Of a DNA stretch of 43,200 nt, positions 27,383 to 34,893 are shown piece after piece. Location of the stretch: positions 1 to 43,200 of the forward strand of contig DAOURL010000002.1 in assembly GCA_030625165.1 (NCBI GenBank). Direction: 5' to 3'. The first letter of the stretch is position 1. Each line of letters opens with the position of its first letter. Made by a program: the position numbers and the translations under genes. Under the pieces are notes generated by a model. It was not told the origin of the DNA. It made no database searches and saw only the letters and a list, made by a program, of their open reading frames with translations. Source of the stretch: Methanosarcinales archaeon. Lineage in GTDB: Archaea; Halobacteriota; Methanosarcinia; Methanosarcinales; Methanogasteraceae.

Positions 27383-27618
27383 GTAACTACTCAGGTACCT
27401 AAAACCACTATCGGGGGACTTCACTATGCAGGGACTACTCGGGACGTGGGGGGTACTGTAATCAAACCGGGAATTTAACCGCAGAGTACGCGGAGGGACG
27501 CGGAGGGGAAATAAACGGTTAAATGCTCTGCGTTCCTCTGCGCCCTCCGCGGTTATTTTTCTTGCCAGAAAGTACATGATCGCAATCGGGCGACCAATCA
27601 ACATACCTGAGTAGTTAC
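27383..27618. mobile_element. MITE family C, copy 1 (236 bp, IS66-like ends)
   Basis: Perfect 15-bp terminal inverted repeat GTAACTACTCAGGTA...TACCTGAGTAGTTAC; perfect 8-bp target duplication GAAAAATT at 27375-27382 and 27619-27626. Confidence 0.92.
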
Positions 27619-27771
27619 GAAAAATTCCCGTTACAAACACCCTTTAGCGCGACATGATGCATCGCTTCAGGCAAGAACAAAACGAGCCCCATAAAAGAAG
27701 CAGAGTTATTATAGTGCGGAAAGAACAAGTTAAACCTACTCAAATCGAACATAAAACACAGGAGATATGAC

Positions 27772-28590
27772 ATGAAACATGTAAGAATAATCGCAGTCGT
27801 GTTCGCTCTTGCACTCGCAATTGCATGGAGCGGCTGCGTGGACTCAGATTCCGACAAACAGAAGGAATCACAAGAAGAGAGCGTACCATCCGGCACCGCA
27901 CATTATCTCGATCTGATCGATGTGACTTCCCTGCACTACAAAGCTACAGTATCCGCCGATGACGGGGGTGCTGCCGTATTCGAGGAATGGCGCAAGAAAT
28001 CCGGAGACGTCTGGTTCTTCAAGTCGGTGATCAGCAGTAACCAGGGCGCGGATTCTGTGACCATTTTGCAGAACGCGGACGGGATGTATATTATAGATGA
28101 GGAGAGCGGCACAGCGATCAAAACCGGAGAATGTTCTGATGATAACATTGGATATATGAACCCGTCCTGGGCGGCGTATGGTTGCTATAGCGACGATTCC
28201 GCATGGGATGATAGCTGGATCATAGACCGCGACACAACATGTCTGGGTCGCAAAGCCGTCAAACTGGACTATGGCAAGGTGTGGCAACTTGCCGGAACAC
28301 TTAACCGCGAAGATATCGACACGGAAAGAGCTGATCTGATCGTGGACAAGCAGACCGGGTTCACGCTGCTACTCGACTGGGCATGTACATACGAGGGCAA
28401 ATCCGAGAGCGTGCGCTACGAGGTCACCGAGTTTGATGTGGACACAAATATCCCGGACAGTACGTTTGACCTCCCTGCCGATGCGAAGATGGTTGATCTC
28501 ACGGCGCTTGGCGAAATGGGTGGCGAGATGCCCGATGAGATGCCTGACATGGCGTCTGGCGGACCCGGATTGCCTCCGCTTCCTGAGTGA
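27772..28590 (+). CDS. Secreted lipoprotein, LolA-like/DUF4412-like fold
   Basis: Signal peptide with lipobox WSGC; LIVDKQTGFTL and IPDSTFDLP motifs; AGGAG Shine-Dalgarno. Confidence 0.7.
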   Translation: MKHVRIIAVVFALALAIAWSGCVDSDSDKQKESQEESVPSGTAHYLDLIDVTSLHYKATVSADDGGAAVFEEWRKKSGDVWFFKSVISSNQGADSVTILQNADGMYIIDEESGTAIKTGECSDDNIGYMNPSWAAYGCYSDDSAWDDSWIIDRDTTCLGRKAVKLDYGKVWQLAGTLNREDIDTERADLIVDKQTGFTLLLDWACTYEGKSESVRYEVTEFDVDTNIPDSTFDLPADAKMVDLTALGEMGGEMPDEMPDMASGGPGLPPLPE

Positions 28591-28615
28591 TGGGTATCAA
28601 AACCCATCTTTTTTT
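28589..28615 (+). terminator. Hairpin plus T7 tract
   Basis: GATGGGT-atcaaa-ACCCATC-TTTTTTT. Confidence 0.7.
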
Positions 28616-28705
28616 GTTTTCAGTCGTGCGAATCAGTTACCGGTTGAAACGACCAAGAGTTTCCGCCCAACAACTTTACAACCATCCGATCCCGATATCT
28701 GAATC

Positions 28706-29791
28706 ATGAACCGGATACGTGCATGTCTCTATCTCTCGGTCTTTGTGATCATGGGGCTCTCGGATGCGGTCGTGCCGATTCTCCCGGATCTCTCTGATGA
28801 AACGTTTGTGCAGAGCATGATCTTCTCCGCGTACTTTGCAGGCGCACTCGTCTCAATGATCCCGCTCGGGATGCTTGCGGACCGGTACGGAAATCCGCGG
28901 TTCATCCTGCTCAGTATCGTTCTGACAATCATATCCGGATTACTGATCCTCTTATCCGACTCCCCCCAGATCCTCGTGTCTGCGCGTTTTGTCGAAGGGT
29001 GCGCCTGCGGGGCTTTCTTTCCGGCAGCGTTCTCGATGATTGCGAAATTTAAGAATCGAAGGAAGTACATAGGAGAGTTTACTTTTCTGATCAATATCGG
29101 GCTTGCTCTCGGTGTTGCAGCCGCTGCCGCGCTTAAGTATTACCATCCGAAAGGTGGAATACTGGTATTTGCCTTGCTCGCCATCCCTGCACTGGTGCTT
29201 GCGATTTCACTGAAACAGGAGCCCGATGATCCCGATGTCCCGCCTGCACCGCAGAGGATTTCAGGTATATTTGCGATCCTTTCCGATGCGCGGTATCTAC
29301 AGATATGGGTGATCGCCTTCGTCTTATTTGGTGCGACAGGGGTTATTGTTGCTTATTTCCCATCTTTCACGGATTTAACACCGTCTCCTCTGGGACTTGC
29401 ACTTTCCGGCGTCTATTTTGGAGCGATGATAACCTCGCTCATCGGCGGTCGTGCGTGTACCACTGAACGCTGGCTGATCCGGGCAGGTGCGCTGATAACC
29501 GGAATCGGCATCGTGGCGACCATATACCATCCGATCGGGCTTACCATCATGGGTGCCGGATCCGGGTTTGCGATGGTCGGGCTTGTCGCAGGGGTTGCAT
29601 CTCTCGGTTCTGATCGGGGCATGGCGATGGGGGTCTTCAATACATGCACTTATGCCGGATTTGCTACACTTCCGGTATTTGCGGCAGGAATTCTCTTGTA
29701 TGTCGATTATGTAGCACTCTTCGGAATCGCCGGAGTCGCTGTGGGCGCGCTCACTCTCTTTCCGTTGCATGCGCTTGCGGTGAAGCGGTGA
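28706..29791 (+). CDS. MFS transporter
   Basis: GMLADRYG motif A, ARFVEG motif B, about 12 hydrophobic segments. Confidence 0.88.
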   Translation: MNRIRACLYLSVFVIMGLSDAVVPILPDLSDETFVQSMIFSAYFAGALVSMIPLGMLADRYGNPRFILLSIVLTIISGLLILLSDSPQILVSARFVEGCACGAFFPAAFSMIAKFKNRRKYIGEFTFLINIGLALGVAAAAALKYYHPKGGILVFALLAIPALVLAISLKQEPDDPDVPPAPQRISGIFAILSDARYLQIWVIAFVLFGATGVIVAYFPSFTDLTPSPLGLALSGVYFGAMITSLIGGRACTTERWLIRAGALITGIGIVATIYHPIGLTIMGAGSGFAMVGLVAGVASLGSDRGMAMGVFNTCTYAGFATLPVFAAGILLYVDYVALFGIAGVAVGALTLFPLHALAVKR

Positions 29792-29891
29792 TCCATCCGC
29801 CCCCTATTATAGAGGTTCGCGCAAAGTGGCATGGTATGACCGCCCCACCGCGCCGCAAGGTTTATATAGTAGTACGTAGTAGTGGTGTACC

Positions 29892-29966
29892 ATGCGAGCG
29901 GGTTTCTAAAAACTCTTTTTAACCACACTAACCCCCACTCCCCACTTCCCACACTCCCGCTCGCAT
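29892..29966 (+). ncRNA. Putative small RNA, copy 1
   Basis: CGCAAGG-TTTATATA (TATA 29861-29868) 31 nt upstream; stem ATGCGAGCGGG/CCCGCTCGCAT; C/A-rich loop. Confidence 0.6.
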
Positions 29967-30068
29967 ATCCCCCTCACAAGTTATTCAGTTTTGACTACGA
30001 CTACAGTCTAACGACTACAGTCTAATTGGTGGCAGGCCTGTGTATGGCAATGTTGGCTGTGAATATGT

Positions 30069-30111
30069 CAGGATTATAGTGAATATCCTGTTGAACCGCA
30101 AGGTTTAAATA
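30069..30111 (+). promoter_or_regulatory. CAGGAT-N10-ATCCTG palindrome plus BRE/TATA of unit 2
   Basis: Arms at 30069-30074 and 30085-30090, ending 13 bp before the TATA box. Confidence 0.6.
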
Positions 30112-30133
30112 ATATCACAATACAATATAACAT

Positions 30134-30213
30134 ATATGCGAGCGGGGTTTTGAAAAAAACTCTTTTAACTACTAACCACACACCCCTCAACCTCCACACT
30201 CCCGCTCGCATAT
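30134..30213 (+). ncRNA. Putative small RNA, copy 2
   Basis: CGCAAGG-TTTAAATA (TATA 30104-30111); 13-bp stem ATATGCGAGCGGG/CCCGCTCGCATAT. Confidence 0.6.
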
Positions 30214-30314
30214 CCTTCTTACAAGTTCTCCACTTTCGATTGTTTCAGTTTTGACTACGACTATGGTCTGATGGGTAGTAGGTCTGCGTATGGCAACGTT
30301 GGATGTGAATATGT

Positions 30315-30358
30315 CAGGATTATTGTAGAGATCCTGTTGAACCCATAAGGTTTAAATA
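30315..30358 (+). promoter_or_regulatory. CAGGAT-N10-ATCCTG palindrome plus BRE/TATA of unit 3
   Basis: Arms at 30315-30320 and 30331-30336, ending 14 bp before the TATA box. Confidence 0.6.
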
Positions 30359-30380
30359 ATAGCACAATGCAATATGACAT

Positions 30381-30469
30381 ATATGCGAGCGGGTTTTTGA
30401 AAAAAACTCTTTTTTCACCACTAACTCCACACTATACCCCCCTCAAACCCCACACTCCCGCTCGCATAT
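30381..30469 (+). ncRNA. Putative small RNA, copy 3
   Basis: CATAAGG-TTTAAATA (TATA 30351-30358); same 13-bp stem. Confidence 0.6.
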
Positions 30470-30815
30470 CCCTTTATACCGTGTTTCCGAAAAGTTTCTG
30501 TAATGTCATCCGTAATCCACCTCATTCGTGAAATTTGTGTGTGAAAGAAGTCGCATCACCGATTGCCTCATCAACTATCCTTCCATTCAGGGTAATCCTG
30601 CTCTGGAATGCGTGGATGGCGACTTTGCGGATGCTTCGCATTAACGCTTGCGCGTTGGGAACGTGGAAAGTCAGAAAGTCCGGGTTCCGGATCAACTGCC
30701 CTGATAAAGACGCTACCCCTTAAGAACCAGATAAATCGATAGCCGTAACATGAATCACATCTTAAATACTGATAAATACCTTGCCACACATAACACCGTA
30801 CCGGAGTAGGATACC

Positions 30816-32198
30816 ATGAAACAACTCGAGATTCTCGCAGCTCCGCTCGAAGAGAGGTCGCTCAAACTCCTCCTCTTCGGCGCGGGCGAACTCGGAAAAG
30901 AGATCGCGATAGAAGCCCAGCGCCTCGGCATGGAGGTCATCGCTGTGGATCGATACGAACGAGCACCAGCACAGCAGGTCGCGCACAAGTCGTACACCGT
31001 CAACATGATGGATGCGAATGCGATGCGTTCGATCGTGGATCGGGAACTACCTGATATCATCATACCGGAGATCGAGGCGATCGACCTCGATGTTCTCTTC
31101 GAGTTCGAGGAGGACGGGTATCTGGTCACGCCGAACGCAGCGGCAACTCATGCGGCGATGAACCGGGAGCGCATCAGGGAGTTAATCGTGAAATCGGGCG
31201 TTAAAACAGGCGCGTACGCGTACACCCGCACAGACGATCTCTCTGAGTTTACAGACGCTGTCGAGAAGATAGGGTATCCGTGCTTCTCAAAGGCGATCAT
31301 GTCGAGCAGCGGCAAGGGCTCGTACTTCATCGAGAGCCGCGATGACATCGAAGCAGCGATGGACGCTGCCAGATACGAGACCCGCGGATCAGGCGAACGT
31401 GCGATCATCGAGGAGTACATCCCGTTTAATACCGAGGTCACAGAACTTGCTGTGAGGCATCTGGATGAGGACGGCAACATCGTCACCACATTCCCAAAGC
31501 CGGTCGGGCACTACCAGATCGATGGCGATTACCACTCATCGTGGCAGAGTCCGAATATCGAGGAGTATCTTCCGTACAACGTGGATGATATCGGAAAGTC
31601 TGTCGAAAAAGACCCCGAGCTTGCGAAAGAGGCGGAAAGGAAGATTTACGATGCTGCACGCCGGATCACGGACGAACTGGGTGGAGTCGGCGTCTTCGGA
31701 TGCGAACTCTTCGTCCGTGTCAGGGATGGCAAAGTCGAGGTCTATGGCAACGAATGTGCGCCCCGTCCGCACGATACCGGTATGGTTACGTATATCTCGC
31801 ATCCGCAGGGCTTTAATGAGGGCGGCTTGCATGTGCGTGCGATCACAGGACTTCCGGTTCCAGCGAGGATCGAGGATGGTTATCGGCTCTTCGACCCACT
31901 GATGCCAGCGGCATCCCACGTGATCATCTCACCAGCCCAGGGGTTCGATCCGATGTACAAAGGCATCTTCGATGCGATGTCTGTGCCGGGCACCAATATC
32001 CAGCTCTTCGGAAAGCCGCTTGCGTATCACAGCGGGTGGATCGTTGAAGAGCGGATGGGCATCGCGCTTGCCATGGGCGCAGACGCGTTCGATGCGAAAA
32101 GGAAGTCTGAAGTTGCTGCGCACAAGATCCTGATCAGGACTGCGACAGACAGGGAATGGCGCGGGCAGGAAGAGACGCGGATGCATGTAGCGGTGTAG
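30816..32198 (+). CDS. purT: Formate-dependent phosphoribosylglycinamide formyltransferase
   Basis: GAGELGKE, VDRYERAPAQQVAH, PEIEAI, MSSSGKG, PRPHDTG motifs. Confidence 0.95.
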   Translation: MKQLEILAAPLEERSLKLLLFGAGELGKEIAIEAQRLGMEVIAVDRYERAPAQQVAHKSYTVNMMDANAMRSIVDRELPDIIIPEIEAIDLDVLFEFEEDGYLVTPNAAATHAAMNRERIRELIVKSGVKTGAYAYTRTDDLSEFTDAVEKIGYPCFSKAIMSSSGKGSYFIESRDDIEAAMDAARYETRGSGERAIIEEYIPFNTEVTELAVRHLDEDGNIVTTFPKPVGHYQIDGDYHSSWQSPNIEEYLPYNVDDIGKSVEKDPELAKEAERKIYDAARRITDELGGVGVFGCELFVRVRDGKVEVYGNECAPRPHDTGMVTYISHPQGFNEGGLHVRAITGLPVPARIEDGYRLFDPLMPAASHVIISPAQGFDPMYKGIFDAMSVPGTNIQLFGKPLAYHSGWIVEERMGIALAMGADAFDAKRKSEVAAHKILIRTATDREWRGQEETRMHVAV

Positions 32199-32314
32199 GG
32201 ATGGTTTTCGGGCTATTTCCTGATCGCGAGCACTTGCGGGTCTCAAACCAAACATCGGGAGCAACTCGAGCACATGCAAGATACGAGACCCCCTCCGCCA
32301 TCGAAAACATCCCC

Positions 32315-32743
32315 CTACACCACGTCATCCACGAATTTGAGCAGACCCCGGGCGTCACTGATCTTCTTCTGCAGTACCTTCCTGCGGACATCCTTATCCG
32401 GATGTGCTCCGTTCTCGATCCCTTTCAGATCTATGATCGCACGCAAAAGACCGGACGCTTCTTTGTACAGGTCTTCCGCCTCTTCTCTCGTGATAGTTTC
32501 CCTCGCAAGAGCGTTTTCGTCGCACGTCTCCTTCTCCTCAAGGGCACGGATCAGCGACTCGATCCCGGCAGTCTCCGACTCTGTCAGTTCTTTCTTGTTG
32601 ATGAGCCGCCAGACCAATTCGTGAAGCGGAATCTCGGTTCCATCGATCTCAAATACGTCCGGGATCTCAGCACCGACCCACGCCAGGTATCCGTGCAACC
32701 CGTGCAACAGTTTCTCCCGCTCGTTTACCGATAGTCGCCCCAT
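32315..32743 (-). CDS. Conserved archaeal helical protein (DUF5788-like)
   Basis: ERxKLL..L...AWVGAEIP...L.ELVW...ITREEAEDL...GLLRAI.DL pattern. Confidence 0.7.
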   Translation of the reverse strand: MGRLSVNEREKLLHGLHGYLAWVGAEIPDVFEIDGTEIPLHELVWRLINKKELTESETAGIESLIRALEEKETCDENALARETITREEAEDLYKEASGLLRAIIDLKGIENGAHPDKDVRRKVLQKKISDARGLLKFVDDVV

Positions 32744-32787
32744 TATCTCACATCGAATAACCTGTATGTGCTAAGCTGCTGCCCTGT

Positions 32788-34710
32788 TCATCGCGAAGCG
32801 CCAGCGCCATAAGAGGGGGCTGGCAGGTTGATATCAGGGATCGGGATGCTAACCCTCTTCGAGAACCGCTTGATCGTCTCAAGTAAGCCGTCCTTCTCCT
32901 TTCCGACAAGACTCAACTCGAGCACCTCAGTGATCTTTGAGACCGGTACGATCGTTATCATATCACGATACTTATCCTCGATCAGGACATCGTCCTCGTT
33001 CGCTTTCGGTATGATCACGGTCTTGATGCCAGCCTGCGCCGCAGCCTCGATCTTGTATGTTACGCCTCCAACCGGCAGCACGTCACCCCGCACAGAGAGC
33101 GAGCCCGTCATTGCGATGGACTGGTCGATCGGGATACCCTCGAATGCCGATATCACCGCGGTTGCGATAGAGATCGATGCGCTATCGCCCTCCACGCCCT
33201 CGTAAGTGCCGATGAACTGGACATGGATGTCCATGTTCGCGGTATCTCTACCTGTAATCTTTTTGATGAGTGCTGACACGTTCTGAACGGCTTCTTTTGC
33301 GATATCCTTGAGCATTCCTGTTGCGATCAACTTGCCTTCATGTTTGGATAGCGCTGGTGTCACCTCTGCCATGATCGGGAGAACGATCCCTGAATCGCCG
33401 CCCATGATGGCAAGCCCGTTTACCCTGCCGATCTCTGCGCCCTTCTTGTGGTACATCCTGTAGTCCATGCGCTGCTCCAGATACTGGTCTGCAAGCTGCT
33501 GTTCAACCGATCTTGACATCTGCTTTGCAGTGAGAACGTGTGATGCGGTCACCTCTTGCGCGCCCGCTGCATGGGCGACATCGCCTGCCACCCTGACAAG
33601 ACCGCCGAGATCGCGTAATTTCAGCGTAAGATGGCCTTTTCTTCCGGCACGCCTCCTTGCCTCCCGTAAAACCTCTTGCACAGCACTCTTATCAAAGTGG
33701 GGAATCTTTCCGTCCTTCTCAACCTCCTGTGCAACGAATCGAACGATCTTCCTCCGGTTTTCCGGAGTATCATCCATCGAATCACGCATATAAATCTCAT
33801 AGCCGTATCCCTTGATCCGGGAGCGTAGTGCTGGATGCATACCCTCCATGGCATCCAGATTCCCTGCCGCAATCATGATAAAGTTGCATGGTACCGGATA
33901 CGTCTTGACAAGTGCACCCGAACTGCGTTCTGACTGTCCTGTGATTGCATACTCCTTCTCCTGCAGTGCTGTGAGTAGACTCTGCTGGGATTCGGGGCGC
34001 AGGATATTGATCTCATCGATGAATAGGACCCCTTTGTGCGCCTTGTGGATGTCCCCTGCCTCGACCCGGTCATGGGATGGCGTCTCGAGTCCGCCTGACT
34101 GGAACGGGTCGTGACGGACATCGCCTAAGAGTGCGCCTGAATGTGCGCCGGTAGCGTCCAAGAACGGTGCCGTGTCCTTATTTGCATTGTTCACGATCAG
34201 TTTTGGTATGATTGCTTTATCACCCTGCACAAACTGTCTGCCGATGACCATAATCAACAGAACAGCGAGAATCCCCCATAACAGAGCCATACCGCCGAGA
34301 GATGCGGCATAAAGAAGGATCGCGAATCCGACGATCATCAGAATTGTATTTTTTAACTGTGCTTTCCGATTAGCTTCCATTTTATGGGCGTTGATGATCT
34401 GTATTCCTTTCCCTGCCCTTACCTCCCGAATTCTTGGGTTGTTCGCATCTTCCGGATTGTGGTAGATAAGTATGTCCTTTAATTCCTCTTTTGGGAGAAG
34501 TTCAGCCATCGCCTGAGCAAGCATAGACTTACCAGTTCCGGGAGTTCCGATCAGCATCACATGCCTTCGCTGCTGCGCTGCCTTCTTGATAATCTCGCTT
34601 GCCTGTTCCTGCCCAATCACCTGATCGATCAAGAGCGGTGGAACCTCAAGATCCTTTGTGGACTCGATCTCAATTCCGCCGAGCAGGTCATCGTTCGTTT
34701 CATCACTCAT
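32788..34710 (-). CDS. lonB: Membrane-bound ATP-dependent protease LonB
   Basis: [15 protein letters not shown], two transmembrane helices, [31 protein letters not shown]. Confidence 0.97.
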   Translation of the reverse strand: MSDETNDDLLGGIEIESTKDLEVPPLLIDQVIGQEQASEIIKKAAQQRRHVMLIGTPGTGKSMLAQAMAELLPKEELKDILIYHNPEDANNPRIREVRAGKGIQIINAHKMEANRKAQLKNTILMIVGFAILLYAASLGGMALLWGILAVLLIMVIGRQFVQGDKAIIPKLIVNNANKDTAPFLDATGAHSGALLGDVRHDPFQSGGLETPSHDRVEAGDIHKAHKGVLFIDEINILRPESQQSLLTALQEKEYAITGQSERSSGALVKTYPVPCNFIMIAAGNLDAMEGMHPALRSRIKGYGYEIYMRDSMDDTPENRRKIVRFVAQEVEKDGKIPHFDKSAVQEVLREARRRAGRKGHLTLKLRDLGGLVRVAGDVAHAAGAQEVTASHVLTAKQMSRSVEQQLADQYLEQRMDYRMYHKKGAEIGRVNGLAIMGGDSGIVLPIMAEVTPALSKHEGKLIATGMLKDIAKEAVQNVSALIKKITGRDTANMDIHVQFIGTYEGVEGDSASISIATAVISAFEGIPIDQSIAMTGSLSVRGDVLPVGGVTYKIEAAAQAGIKTVIIPKANEDDVLIEDKYRDMITIVPVSKITEVLELSLVGKEKDGLLETIKRFSKRVSIPIPDINLPAPSYGAGASR

Positions 34711-34893
34711 TGTAGAACTCTTCATCAGTCGTCATATAAATGTTCGCTCAAGCATTCAAGAAAAAACACATTGATATTTCAGTACTAATATTTAAGTTTT
34801 CTTTCGGAGGTTGGGTGGCGTGACTTCCTCCCGCTGCAAGTAGCAGGGTCTTATGCCGCATATCTATAAGCGAGGGATTACAACGTTATTACA

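Larger units (their letters stand above)
29853..30475 (+). repeat. Tandem array of three ~245-bp promoter + stem-loop units
   Basis: ATGCGAGCGGG at 29892, 30136 and 30383 (periods 244 and 247); the inter-unit spacers align with each other. Confidence 0.9.

Noticed and set aside
27371..27640. Short ORFs over the MITEs (also 13028-13219, 21996-22421, 42774-43007)
   Set aside because: Translations of non-coding palindromic repeats; no transposase motifs.
29925..29960. G-quadruplex/i-motif or telomerase-template-like (CTAACCC, CA-rich) role for the loops
   Set aside because: Four runs of three or more C occur only in unit 1, and no reverse transcriptase is encoded in the window.
30074..30211. 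Minus-strand ORFs starting MRAGVW from the 3' arm of each unit
   Set aside because: Lengths differ widely (12, 45 and 11 aa), no correctly spaced TATA box on that strand, and the ATG is simply the mirror of the stem.
29853..30475. CRISPR array interpretation of the tandem units
   Set aside because: Period is about 245 bp, the conserved parts are inverted arms plus promoters, spacers are homologous to each other, and no cas genes are present.
30672..30690. GAAAGTCCGGGTTCC resembling the RNase P RNA 5' conserved region
   Set aside because: Only about 125 nt remain before purT and the complementary 3' P4 motif was not found.
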